The notes under the pieces: generated by a model
The model's database searches: none
What the model saw: only the letters and a program-made list of their open reading frames with translations
What the model was told of the DNA's origin: nothing
Made by a program: the position numbers and the translations under genes
In this document: positions 45,476 through 52,090 of the stretch, in pieces
Layout of the letters: each line of letters opens with the position of its first letter
How positions within the stretch are numbered: the first letter of the stretch is position 1
From: an uncultured Candidatus Saccharibacteria bacterium
GTDB taxonomy: Bacteria; Patescibacteriota; Saccharimonadia; Saccharimonadales; Saccharimonadaceae
Direction: 5' to 3'
Length of the DNA stretch: 64,000 nucleotides
NCBI GenBank assembly: GCA_964429055.1
Contig: CAYSAK010000003.1
Span: forward strand, 5,962 to 69,961

Positions 45476-46704
45476 TGAACGTTCTCACCACCTTTGCCGC
45501 TGATGTCTGTAAGTGTATAGATACTAGTATGTTTGGTAGAGTCTGTAGTACTGGTAATGGTAATGAAATCTACTATGTTCTCAATATAGTCATTAATGTA
45601 TTAACGGCTGGTATTGGTATTTTAGCGGTCATTGGTATAACCTACTTTGGTGTCCAATATCTCACTGCTAAAGACGACCCAGCTCAAGTTAAAAAGGCTA
45701 AATCTAGACTCATGGCTATTATTATCGGTCTAGCAGCTTATGCCACTATTTATGCTGGTTTGTACTTCTTATTGCCAAACTTCACAGCTGAATCTGGTTC
45801 TTTTGACACCTGTACAGAAGCAAGTCAAGGAGATTCACATCCGGTTTCACCAGATAAACCCGATACGCCAGATACTCCGGACACGCCAGACACTCCAGAT
45901 GTACCAGACACGCCAGATCCAGGTGAGGATGAAGATGATCCAGAAGCATGTAGCTTGAACTTGAGTGTTGTAGAAAACAATGCAAGAGCCGAAATTGCCT
46001 CGACTTCGCCAGTGTTTGTCTTGGCCGATACTAAGACTTCAACAGGTAAAGGTCTTTGCGAAAAACCGACCAGTAAAGCTAATAAAATTGCTAATACTGC
46101 AGTAATGATGGCTTGGCCATATTCTGATTCGTCTACCGATGGTAATAAAGTTGGGAAGTGTGTCAATGGTAATGGTAGCTTGATTAGTTATGGCACGACT
46201 CAAGCAAAATGTAATACCAAGAAAAACTATAACAAAAGTACTTGTTGTGCGAACTCGTTGAAACCACAGAACATTACAGTCCTGACCGCCAATGGTATTA
46301 AATCTAGTAGACAACTTGGCTGGGCCAAAGACTGTGCTAAATTTGTTGGTGCTGCCGTTAAGTATGCTGGAGTTGATCCGGATTTTCCAACCTATTATAC
46401 TGGTAATTTAGATAGCTATCTTTCTAAGCAAGCTAAGAAGAGTAATGGCAAATGGGAACAAATTGAGAATAAAGGGAGCACAAGAGGTCTTGAACCGGGA
46501 GATGTGTTTGTCTATCCATCAAAAACTATTAATGGTACTAAGGTTTACGGGCATACGATGATTTTTGTGGGAAGTAAAGGATATAAAAGTTTTAATATGA
46601 CAGAAGCTTCGCTTAATAAGCGTGTGGCAAGAACTACCTCTGCAACCTTTAAGCTAACTTATAACGGAAAGAAAGTTAATTATCATATATATAGGATTAA
46701 ATGA
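45472..46704 (+). CDS. VirB2/TrbC-like (CPR T4SS-pilin-type) two-helix N-module + PDT-repeat linker + papain-fold (NlpC/P60/CHAP-like) hydrolase domain
   Basis: 410 aa. N-module IYYVLNIVINVLTAGIGILAVIGITYFGVQYLTAKDDPAQVKKAKSRLMAIIIGLAAY. Linker PDKPDTPDTPDTPDTPDVPDTPDP. C-terminal Cys...His pattern KDCAKFVGAAV ... GDVFVY......GHTMIFVG....TEAS. SD AAGGAGG. Confidence 0.6.
   Translation: MMNVLTTFAADVCKCIDTSMFGRVCSTGNGNEIYYVLNIVINVLTAGIGILAVIGITYFGVQYLTAKDDPAQVKKAKSRLMAIIIGLAAYATIYAGLYFLLPNFTAESGSFDTCTEASQGDSHPVSPDKPDTPDTPDTPDTPDVPDTPDPGEDEDDPEACSLNLSVVENNARAEIASTSPVFVLADTKTSTGKGLCEKPTSKANKIANTAVMMAWPYSDSSTDGNKVGKCVNGNGSLISYGTTQAKCNTKKNYNKSTCCANSLKPQNITVLTANGIKSSRQLGWAKDCAKFVGAAVKYAGVDPDFPTYYTGNLDSYLSKQAKKSNGKWEQIENKGSTRGLEPGDVFVYPSKTINGTKVYGHTMIFVGSKGYKSFNMTEASLNKRVARTTSATFKLTYNGKKVNYHIYRIK
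45478..45800 (+). repeat. Conserved N-module DNA, copy 1 (paralogous to 47731-48050)
   Basis: By eye about nine of ten positions are identical with copy 2 over >200 nt (for example gaaatctactatgttctcaatatagtcat in both). Differences are mostly at third codon positions. Confidence 0.85.
45851..45921 (+). repeat. In-frame 9-nt (Pro-Asp-Thr) tandem repeat
   Basis: cca gat aaa ccc gat acg cca gat act ccg gac acg cca gac act cca gat gta cca gac acg cca gat cca. Confidence 0.85.
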
Positions 46705-47108
46705 TGAAAGAATCACAAAAGAAGACTTTAATAATTGTAATAATATCAATCATTGCTACTTTATTGATAGTGGGAGGTATTGCTCTTACAATATACTTTA
46801 TTAACGATTACCGGGCTGGAGGTCCTTATAGTGAAGAGGATTTTCTTTACCAAGAAGCGGCTGATGATGAATATGAGGCGATGGTCGAAGAATATCTCGA
46901 AGAGTACCCGATTGCCACGGAGCTTCCAATTATCATGGTGAATTGGCGTATTGACTATGGTCTTTGTGAAACTTCTGATGGAGAGTTTTGTGTGATGATT
47001 ACGGCGGTGAATGATGAATATCGCAATAAAGCACTGGAAGTTTTAAGAGGTCTAGAATATTACGAAGAAGGTAAATACACTATAGAATTTTTTAGCGATT
47101 TAGAATAA
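46701..47108 (+). CDS. Single-pass membrane protein with acidic extracytoplasmic domain (candidate immunity/partner of the upstream hydrolase)
   Basis: 135 aa. TM helix LIIVIISIIATLLIVGGIALTIYFI. 4-nt overlap (ATGA) with the upstream gene. The proposed function is inference from position only. Confidence 0.45.
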   Translation: MMKESQKKTLIIVIISIIATLLIVGGIALTIYFINDYRAGGPYSEEDFLYQEAADDEYEAMVEEYLEEYPIATELPIIMVNWRIDYGLCETSDGEFCVMITAVNDEYRNKALEVLRGLEYYEEGKYTIEFFSDLE

Positions 47109-47111
47109 TCG

Positions 47112-47120
47112 TGCTATAAT
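47112..47120 (+). promoter_or_regulatory. Extended -10 promoter (TGcTATAAT) 6 nt upstream of ATG 47127 (leaderless module-2 transcript)
   Basis: gtgctataat-gagctt-ATGG with no SD. Confidence 0.5.
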
Positions 47121-47126
47121 GAGCTT

Positions 47127-47723
47127 ATGGATAGTATTACATCAGGTTCTATCGTTGAACCACGGGTGGCGTTGGAGCCAAACAAATCATCAAGTAAAAA
47201 TAATAAGATTATTCTTATTATTACTATAATAATTGAGGCGATTATTATTATCTGTCTTAGTATTGCACTTATTCTTACTAATAACGCCTTAAAACAATAT
47301 GAGCCATCTAAAGAAGAAGCAGAATTAAATGAGAATAATTATATGGAGGAAGAGCCTCTATATCAGTTGACCAAAAAGGAAGCCTTAGCCTTAATGTATG
47401 TTTATTCGATGGTGAATGATGAATTAGTTAAAAATAAAACTATGCCCTCGGACTATTGTGCTGTTCTTCAAAACATATATAATTATACCCTTGGCGTTGA
47501 AGATGATATGGAGGATCCATGTGCGAGTGGTGCGATAACTCTTGTTCCAGCTGATAATATGGAAGAGGAGTTGGCGTCGGTTGGCCAGATCTATATTGGT
47601 GTAGGTTTAAATGGGGAAACTTATAATTATTATGTATTCTCAGATTTTAGTGTGATGAGCCATGTTGACATGACTGAGTCCATACCGACTAATTCTATAA
47701 CAATTAATGTATCGGGTTCCTAG
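47127..47723 (+). CDS. Single-pass membrane protein, module-2 accessory (paralog of 44659-45237)
   Basis: 198 aa with the same architecture and conserved blocks as the 192-aa protein. Confidence 0.6.
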   Translation: MDSITSGSIVEPRVALEPNKSSSKNNKIILIITIIIEAIIIICLSIALILTNNALKQYEPSKEEAELNENNYMEEEPLYQLTKKEALALMYVYSMVNDELVKNKTMPSDYCAVLQNIYNYTLGVEDDMEDPCASGAITLVPADNMEEELASVGQIYIGVGLNGETYNYYVFSDFSVMSHVDMTESIPTNSITINVSGS

Positions 47724-47724
47724 T

Positions 47725-49620
47725 ATGTTTTCCCTTTTCACCACCTTCGCCTCAGTCTGTAAATGTGTATCAACTAATTTGTTTGGTGATGTCTGTAGTA
47801 ACGGTGAAGGCCTTGAAATCTACTATGTTCTCAATATAGTCATCAATGTTCTAACAGCTGGTATTGGTATTCTAGCGGTCATTGGTATAGCCTACTTTGG
47901 TGTCCAATATCTCACCGCTAAAGATGATCCAGCTCAAGTAAAGAAAGCAAAATCTAGACTTATGGCTATCATCATTGGTCTAGCAGCTTATGCTACTATT
48001 TATGCAGGTTTAACCTTTTTGCTACCAAACTTTACAATTGAGTCTGGTTCTATTAATAACTGTACGCCAGCTGATCCAGATGATCCACATCCGGTCTCGC
48101 CTGAGCCTGAGCCGGAGCCTGAGCCTGAACCTGAGCCTGAACCTGAGCCTGAACCTGAGCCTGAACCTGAGCCGGAGCCTGAGCCAGGTGAGCGTAGTCC
48201 TTATTGTGGACCTGAAGCCCCAGGAAAATTCGGCAGTTTATCAAGCGTGACTAATAAACAATATCGGGACGGTTCGACTGTAAGTGATCATACTACTAAA
48301 AAGTATACTACCACATTTGGTCGTGTTTATTATGTTTTTAAACAAGCCAATCCTGTTTGGAAGAATGCAAGAGCTGGCAGTCAAGGTGATACTTTGGGAA
48401 ATAATGGATGTCTACGGACATCAACGGCGACAGTTTTACGTTCTTTTGGTGCAGATGTGACTCCTGCAGATTTTGCGTGGGCTGGTGGGTATAGTTTTAC
48501 AAAGGCCGACAAATATATAAAGGATAATAATTTACCAGTCAAGCGTTATGAACTAAAGAAGCCTTATGCAGATAATATTTGGAATGTGTTAAAAAAACAT
48601 GGTGCGGTAATAATATGGACAGAAGCTACATCGGTGTTTACTGAAAGAAAACATAAGTTACCAATCGTAGATTATAAAACTGGAAGTAATAATTCGAGGC
48701 TAGTATATATTGCGGATACGACTGGGAAGAGTAGTAATAATGGTTGGAAGGATTTGGATAATTATGTAATAGCGAAAGGAAATGTGAAGGCGGCGGTGGC
48801 TTTTGAGCCGACTACAACACTTAATTGTGGTGCTACTGGAGGCGGCGACTCGGGTGATTCAGGTGATAGTGGTACGGAAACCCCAGATATCAATTCTATC
48901 GGTAAGGGTGACACTTGTGGTCCAGAAGGCCCAGCCAGATCGGCGGGCGTATCGCTTGTCAGTCCTTATTCCTCTATGGACAAAAGCGTGTATGGTAAAT
49001 TAACTAAAAAATACACCACTACTAAAAATCGGGTTTATTATGTTTACCGACAGGATGATGATCCTTGGAAAGATGCGTCCGCTGGTAGTAGCAGTAAAAT
49101 GAAGGATGAAGGTGAGTCACGTACTCTGATTGCTGATATTATGCGTTCATTCGGTGCTGAAGTTACCCCGCTACACTTTAGTGGTTCTGGTATTTCTGGT
49201 AAGGCCGCTGCAATTAGCCGAGCCGAGTCATTAATCAGTAAACTTAGTTTGCCGCTCGTTGGTGGTGTAACTAAATATACTTCTGATTATGAAAACAAAA
49301 TTAAGACAACTTTGAATAATGGTGGTGCCGTGTTGATAAAGGTTAAAGATGGTATCTTTAACCATAAATCCGGCGCTACACATATTGCGTTGATAGATAT
49401 AAAAGAGGTGAGCGGTAAAACTAAGGTATTCTTAGTGGATTCGTTTGGACGTACTAAAGCTAGTAAGGATTCTTCGGTTCCTGTAAATAGCTGGGTCGAT
49501 CTTGATATTGTTGTTAATACTAGCAAGACTGGCATTCAAGAAATCCATGTTTTTACACCTAAAGCATCGGCAATTACCTGTCCAAAGGCTAACAATGTGC
49601 CAATCGAATATGAACAATAA
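47725..49620 (+). CDS. VirB2/TrbC-like two-helix N-module + (Pro-Glu)n linker + two tandem papain-like (C39-like) domains, the second lacking the catalytic Cys
   Basis: The track ORF starts at 47707. ATG 47725 (MFSLFTTFA) aligns with the paralog's N-terminus and sits 1 nt after the upstream stop. Domain 1: YYVFKQANPVWKN....LGNNGCLRTSTATVLRSFGADVTP ... KHKLPIVDY...LVYIADT. Domain 2: YYVYRQDDDPWKD....KDEGESRTLIADIMRSFGAEVTP ... THIALIDI...VFLVDS. Confidence 0.6.
   Translation: MFSLFTTFASVCKCVSTNLFGDVCSNGEGLEIYYVLNIVINVLTAGIGILAVIGIAYFGVQYLTAKDDPAQVKKAKSRLMAIIIGLAAYATIYAGLTFLLPNFTIESGSINNCTPADPDDPHPVSPEPEPEPEPEPEPEPEPEPEPEPEPEPEPGERSPYCGPEAPGKFGSLSSVTNKQYRDGSTVSDHTTKKYTTTFGRVYYVFKQANPVWKNARAGSQGDTLGNNGCLRTSTATVLRSFGADVTPADFAWAGGYSFTKADKYIKDNNLPVKRYELKKPYADNIWNVLKKHGAVIIWTEATSVFTERKHKLPIVDYKTGSNNSRLVYIADTTGKSSNNGWKDLDNYVIAKGNVKAAVAFEPTTTLNCGATGGGDSGDSGDSGTETPDINSIGKGDTCGPEGPARSAGVSLVSPYSSMDKSVYGKLTKKYTTTKNRVYYVYRQDDDPWKDASAGSSSKMKDEGESRTLIADIMRSFGAEVTPLHFSGSGISGKAAAISRAESLISKLSLPLVGGVTKYTSDYENKIKTTLNNGGAVLIKVKDGIFNHKSGATHIALIDIKEVSGKTKVFLVDSFGRTKASKDSSVPVNSWVDLDIVVNTSKTGIQEIHVFTPKASAITCPKANNVPIEYEQ
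47731..48050 (+). repeat. Conserved N-module DNA, copy 2 (paralogous to 45478-45800)
   Basis: See copy 1. Confidence 0.85.
48100..48186 (+). repeat. In-frame hexanucleotide (Pro-Glu) microsatellite-like repeat
   Basis: cct gag cct gag ccg gag cct gag cct gaa ... gag cca. It encodes an uninterrupted (PE)n run. Confidence 0.9.
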
Positions 49621-49632
49621 TAGGATTTACTT

Positions 49633-50445
49633 ATGACAGGCGAGAAATTATCATCCAATTCAAATACTAGTCCTAATCCATGGGATAGTTTGGTAGACAA
49701 GCCCGAACGACCATTAAGCGGTCCAGAATCTATGGCTAGACGTTTTGCTAAGGAAGTTCACGATATTCAGATTGACTTTGCTGCGCGACTTGAATGTTCT
49801 GCCGAGAAAGGTGAGGAGCAATTGCCTAAAAAGGAGTTTGAACGTTGGGAAGATGATTATCATGATATGTGGCGTGGTATGGAAGGGCAAGTTCGTGAGG
49901 CAAATCGTCAAAATACTGGTGATACTATGGCCAAGGCTGCTGAACTTGAAGACCCCGTAGTTGCTTATGTCAGGGATACCGAACTATATCAGACCGTTGA
50001 AGCTCAAGCTGGTCATTATTACGATGAGCGTAGTGATGCTCTTTTAAAGGCCATTCGTGGTTCATCGAGCCCTGACAAAGAAGGGGATTTAGAATTTGCT
50101 AGAGGTTTTCGTCGCGCCGTGATGGAACACTTGGCTTATAAATACATGGAAGGCAATGGTAGTTGGCAAAGTGGTGATGCTGATTATTATAATCGCTCCC
50201 GTACTAGGGCACATAATGATGTGATTAAGCGTTTGAATGGCCTGAATGCCCTTTCTGAAAAATATGGTACGCGCCGTTTTACACCACGTGATTTTTGGAC
50301 TAGCGAAAACCAAAATCAGACTCCGGAAATGTCTCGTCGGATGCGCTATGATCGTGATATTGTTGAGGAATACTACGCTATTGCTTTTGCTTACGAAGAG
50401 GAAGAGCTAAAGAAAGAACAAGAAAGAAACCGTAAATTCTATTGA
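49633..50445 (+). CDS. Hypothetical soluble protein (270 aa)
   Basis: No TM segment, charged and helical. No recognisable motif. Last large gene of the island. Confidence 0.5.
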   Translation: MTGEKLSSNSNTSPNPWDSLVDKPERPLSGPESMARRFAKEVHDIQIDFAARLECSAEKGEEQLPKKEFERWEDDYHDMWRGMEGQVREANRQNTGDTMAKAAELEDPVVAYVRDTELYQTVEAQAGHYYDERSDALLKAIRGSSSPDKEGDLEFARGFRRAVMEHLAYKYMEGNGSWQSGDADYYNRSRTRAHNDVIKRLNGLNALSEKYGTRRFTPRDFWTSENQNQTPEMSRRMRYDRDIVEEYYAIAFAYEEEELKKEQERNRKFY

Positions 50446-50470
50446 CTTTTTAAGTATTTTGTGCTATAAT
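50442..50470 (+). promoter_or_regulatory. Sigma70-type promoter of the 85-aa gene
   Basis: TTGACT 50442-47 (overlaps the upstream stop codon), 17-nt spacer, TGcTATAAT (-10 at 50465-70). The leader contains GCATTTTATGTAGTT and GGGAGGG. Confidence 0.6.
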
Positions 50471-50515
50471 AGAGTTATATAATACGCATTTTATGTAGTT
50501 GAGGGAGGGACTGTC

Positions 50516-50773
50516 ATGAAATATGTCGATTTATTGACCTTTATTAATGATGTGAAAAAAGAGGAATTCTTGCGGAAATTCGTCCAGGGCGCCGGCTCTA
50601 CCAAGTTGTTCTCGCGTTTTGCGACCGATCCCAAGTGTACCTCTGATGAGGACAAAGAAAAGTTGCGTAAAATGTTAAAAAAAGCCGGGATTCCGGCGGA
50701 ATTAATTTCGACCGACGACGCACTGCTCGCTGCCACTAAATTCATCATGGCACGTGCCGTGAAAGTCCGTTAG
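50516..50773 (+). CDS. Hypothetical protein (85 aa)
   Basis: Strong SD GAGGGAGGG and its own promoter and terminator. No recognisable motif. Confidence 0.5.
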   Translation: MKYVDLLTFINDVKKEEFLRKFVQGAGSTKLFSRFATDPKCTSDEDKEKLRKMLKKAGIPAELISTDDALLAATKFIMARAVKVR

Positions 50774-50791
50774 CTAATTTTGTCCCCCTTT

Positions 50792-50815
50792 GCCCCCGTA
50801 TGGGGGCATTTTTTA
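50792..50815 (+). terminator. Rho-independent terminator
   Basis: GCCCCC-gtat-GGGGGC followed by ATTTTTT. Confidence 0.75.
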
Positions 50816-50828
50816 TGAAATCCCCAAC

Positions 50829-50852
50829 TAAAAATGCCCCACTTAAGGGCAT
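50829..50852 (-). terminator. Rho-independent terminator after tRNA-Leu(UAG)
   Basis: On the minus strand ATGCCC-ttaagtg-GGGCAT is followed by TTTTT. Confidence 0.65.
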
Positions 50853-50861
50853 GAATCTTAC

Positions 50862-50946
50862 TGGTGCCCGAGACAGGACTTGAACCTGCACACCAAATGG
50901 CATATGCTCCTAAGGCATACGTGTATACCAATTTCACCACTCGGGC
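50862..50946 (-). tRNA. tRNA-Leu (anticodon UAG), class II, CCA encoded
   Basis: Revcomp GCCCGAGTGGTGAAATTGGTATACACGTATGCCTTAGGAGCATATGCCATTTGGTGTGCAGGTTCAAGTCCTGTCTCGGGCACCA. The acceptor stem GCCCGAG/CTCGGGC pairs, the anticodon stem is TATGC/GCATA with loop CTTAGGA, and the T-loop is TTCAAGT. TGcTATAAT lies a few nt upstream (50956-50964). Confidence 0.9.
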
Positions 50947-50974
50947 TCGCTTTTAATTATAGCACATTTGCACC

Positions 50975-50996
50975 AAAAATCCAGCTCGGGGCTGGA
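50975..50996 (-). terminator. Rho-independent terminator after the Ser-rich MPNTG protein gene
   Basis: On the minus strand the ATCCAGC/GCTGGAT stem is followed by TTTTT. Confidence 0.6.
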
Positions 50997-51015
50997 TTCT
51001 GGTTTTAAATCAATC

Positions 51016-51501
51016 TTATAAACCGCGTTTTGACATCACAAATGCAGTAACGCTGGTGGTAAGAAGACCTAACACTACAGCAGTGTAAAGGAAGTCTTCT
51101 GGACCGGTGTTTGGCATATTGGAGGTTGTAGCAGCTTTACTGGAGCTAGAGCTTGAGCTAGAACTAGAATTTGAGCTTGAATTTGAACTTGAGGTGTTGT
51201 CAGTCTTGTTGGTTGAAATTTCACCAATCTTTGAGCTCTCTTTCTTCTCTTCGCTTTCTTTGCTTTCGTCAGACTTATTATCGTTTTCTTTTTTGTCGTT
51301 TTCCTCTGACTTCTTGTCGTCGGTTTCAGAAATCACAAATGAAGAATTATTTTCGCCACCGATATTGTTTTTGCGTGACGATTTATTGGTTGCCACCACG
51401 ATAATCGCCGCGATCAAAATCAAAATGAGAACCATCGCCGCAATAATTACAGCGAGAATTTTACGACGTTCCTTCTTATCTAAATCAGTAGCAGTATACA
51501 T
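51016..51501 (-). CDS. Small Ser/Asp/Lys-rich surface protein with N-terminal TM/signal anchor and MPNTG sorting signal
   Basis: 161 aa. TM helix ILAVIIAAMVLILILIAAIIVVA, low-complexity SSSNSSSNSSSSSSSSSSS, and C-terminal MPNTG (51103-51117) followed by a hydrophobic helix and KRGL. Confidence 0.65.
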   Translation of the reverse strand: MYTATDLDKKERRKILAVIIAAMVLILILIAAIIVVATNKSSRKNNIGGENNSSFVISETDDKKSEENDKKENDNKSDESKESEEKKESSKIGEISTNKTDNTSSSNSSSNSSSSSSSSSSKAATTSNMPNTGPEDFLYTAVVLGLLTTSVTAFVMSKRGL

Positions 51502-51569
51502 AAATAAAACTCCTTATAATTCAATTATACCACACTTTTGCTAAAAATACAATACTATTTTATAAAATA

Positions 51570-52088
51570 CTAATGTTTAATGTAGAGCGAGAGGTGGGCT
51601 CCGGCGTATTGGTTGGATTTTAAGAGAGAAAGACCGTTAATTTCTGGGGCTTTTCCTGGATGAGAGAGGACTAAAATGCCGTCTTTTTTTAAAAATGGGG
51701 TTAGTCCGTTGATTGATTCTGGGATGAAGTTGTCGTATGGTGGATCGGCGAGGATGATGTCAAATCGTGCCTCACTTTGAAAGTTTTCCACAGCTCCTTG
51801 AAAAACATCTGCTTTTAGATATAAATTTGCTAGGTTTTGTCTGATGATTTGGGCGGCTTTGGCATTTTTTTCAATAAAAATGACTTCGCTTGCACCTCTG
51901 GAAATGGCCTCGATGCCTAAAGCACCAGAGCCGGCGTAGGCGTCTAATACGGTGGCGTCTTTTAAATACGAAGAAATCATGTTAAATAGTGCTAGTTTTT
52001 CCCTGGCGCCCATTGGATGGGTGTTGCCACCAGGGGTAAATAGGGTTCTTCCGCGTAAGTTTCCAGAGGTGATTTTGACTGTATCCAT
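51570..52088 (-). CDS. rsmD: 16S rRNA (guanine966-N2)-methyltransferase RsmD
   Basis: 172 aa. I.SG..RGR.L..P.....P, LDAYAGSGALGIEAISRGA, ILADPPY. Confidence 0.88.
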   Translation of the reverse strand: MDTVKITSGNLRGRTLFTPGGNTHPMGAREKLALFNMISSYLKDATVLDAYAGSGALGIEAISRGASEVIFIEKNAKAAQIIRQNLANLYLKADVFQGAVENFQSEARFDIILADPPYDNFIPESINGLTPFLKKDGILVLSHPGKAPEINGLSLLKSNQYAGAHLSLYIKH

Positions 52089-52090
52089 AA

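Noticed and set aside
48100-48186. Regular short repeats that could be mistaken for a CRISPR or minisatellite array
   Set aside because: The period is 6 nt with no spacers, and the repeats are in frame within a CDS encoding (Pro-Glu)n. This is a coding low-complexity linker.
44156-50861. Calling the region downstream of tRNA-Leu(UAG) an integrative mobile element
   Set aside because: There is no integrase, recombinase, relaxase or phage gene. I found no direct repeat of the tRNA 3' end at the far border by eye, and the base composition is similar to the surroundings. It is therefore reported only as an accessory island.
51107-51544. 145-aa plus-strand ORF (LELELEFELE...)
   Set aside because: It is antisense to the Ser-rich MPNTG protein gene. 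Its repeat-driven, open but implausible composition marks it as a shadow ORF.
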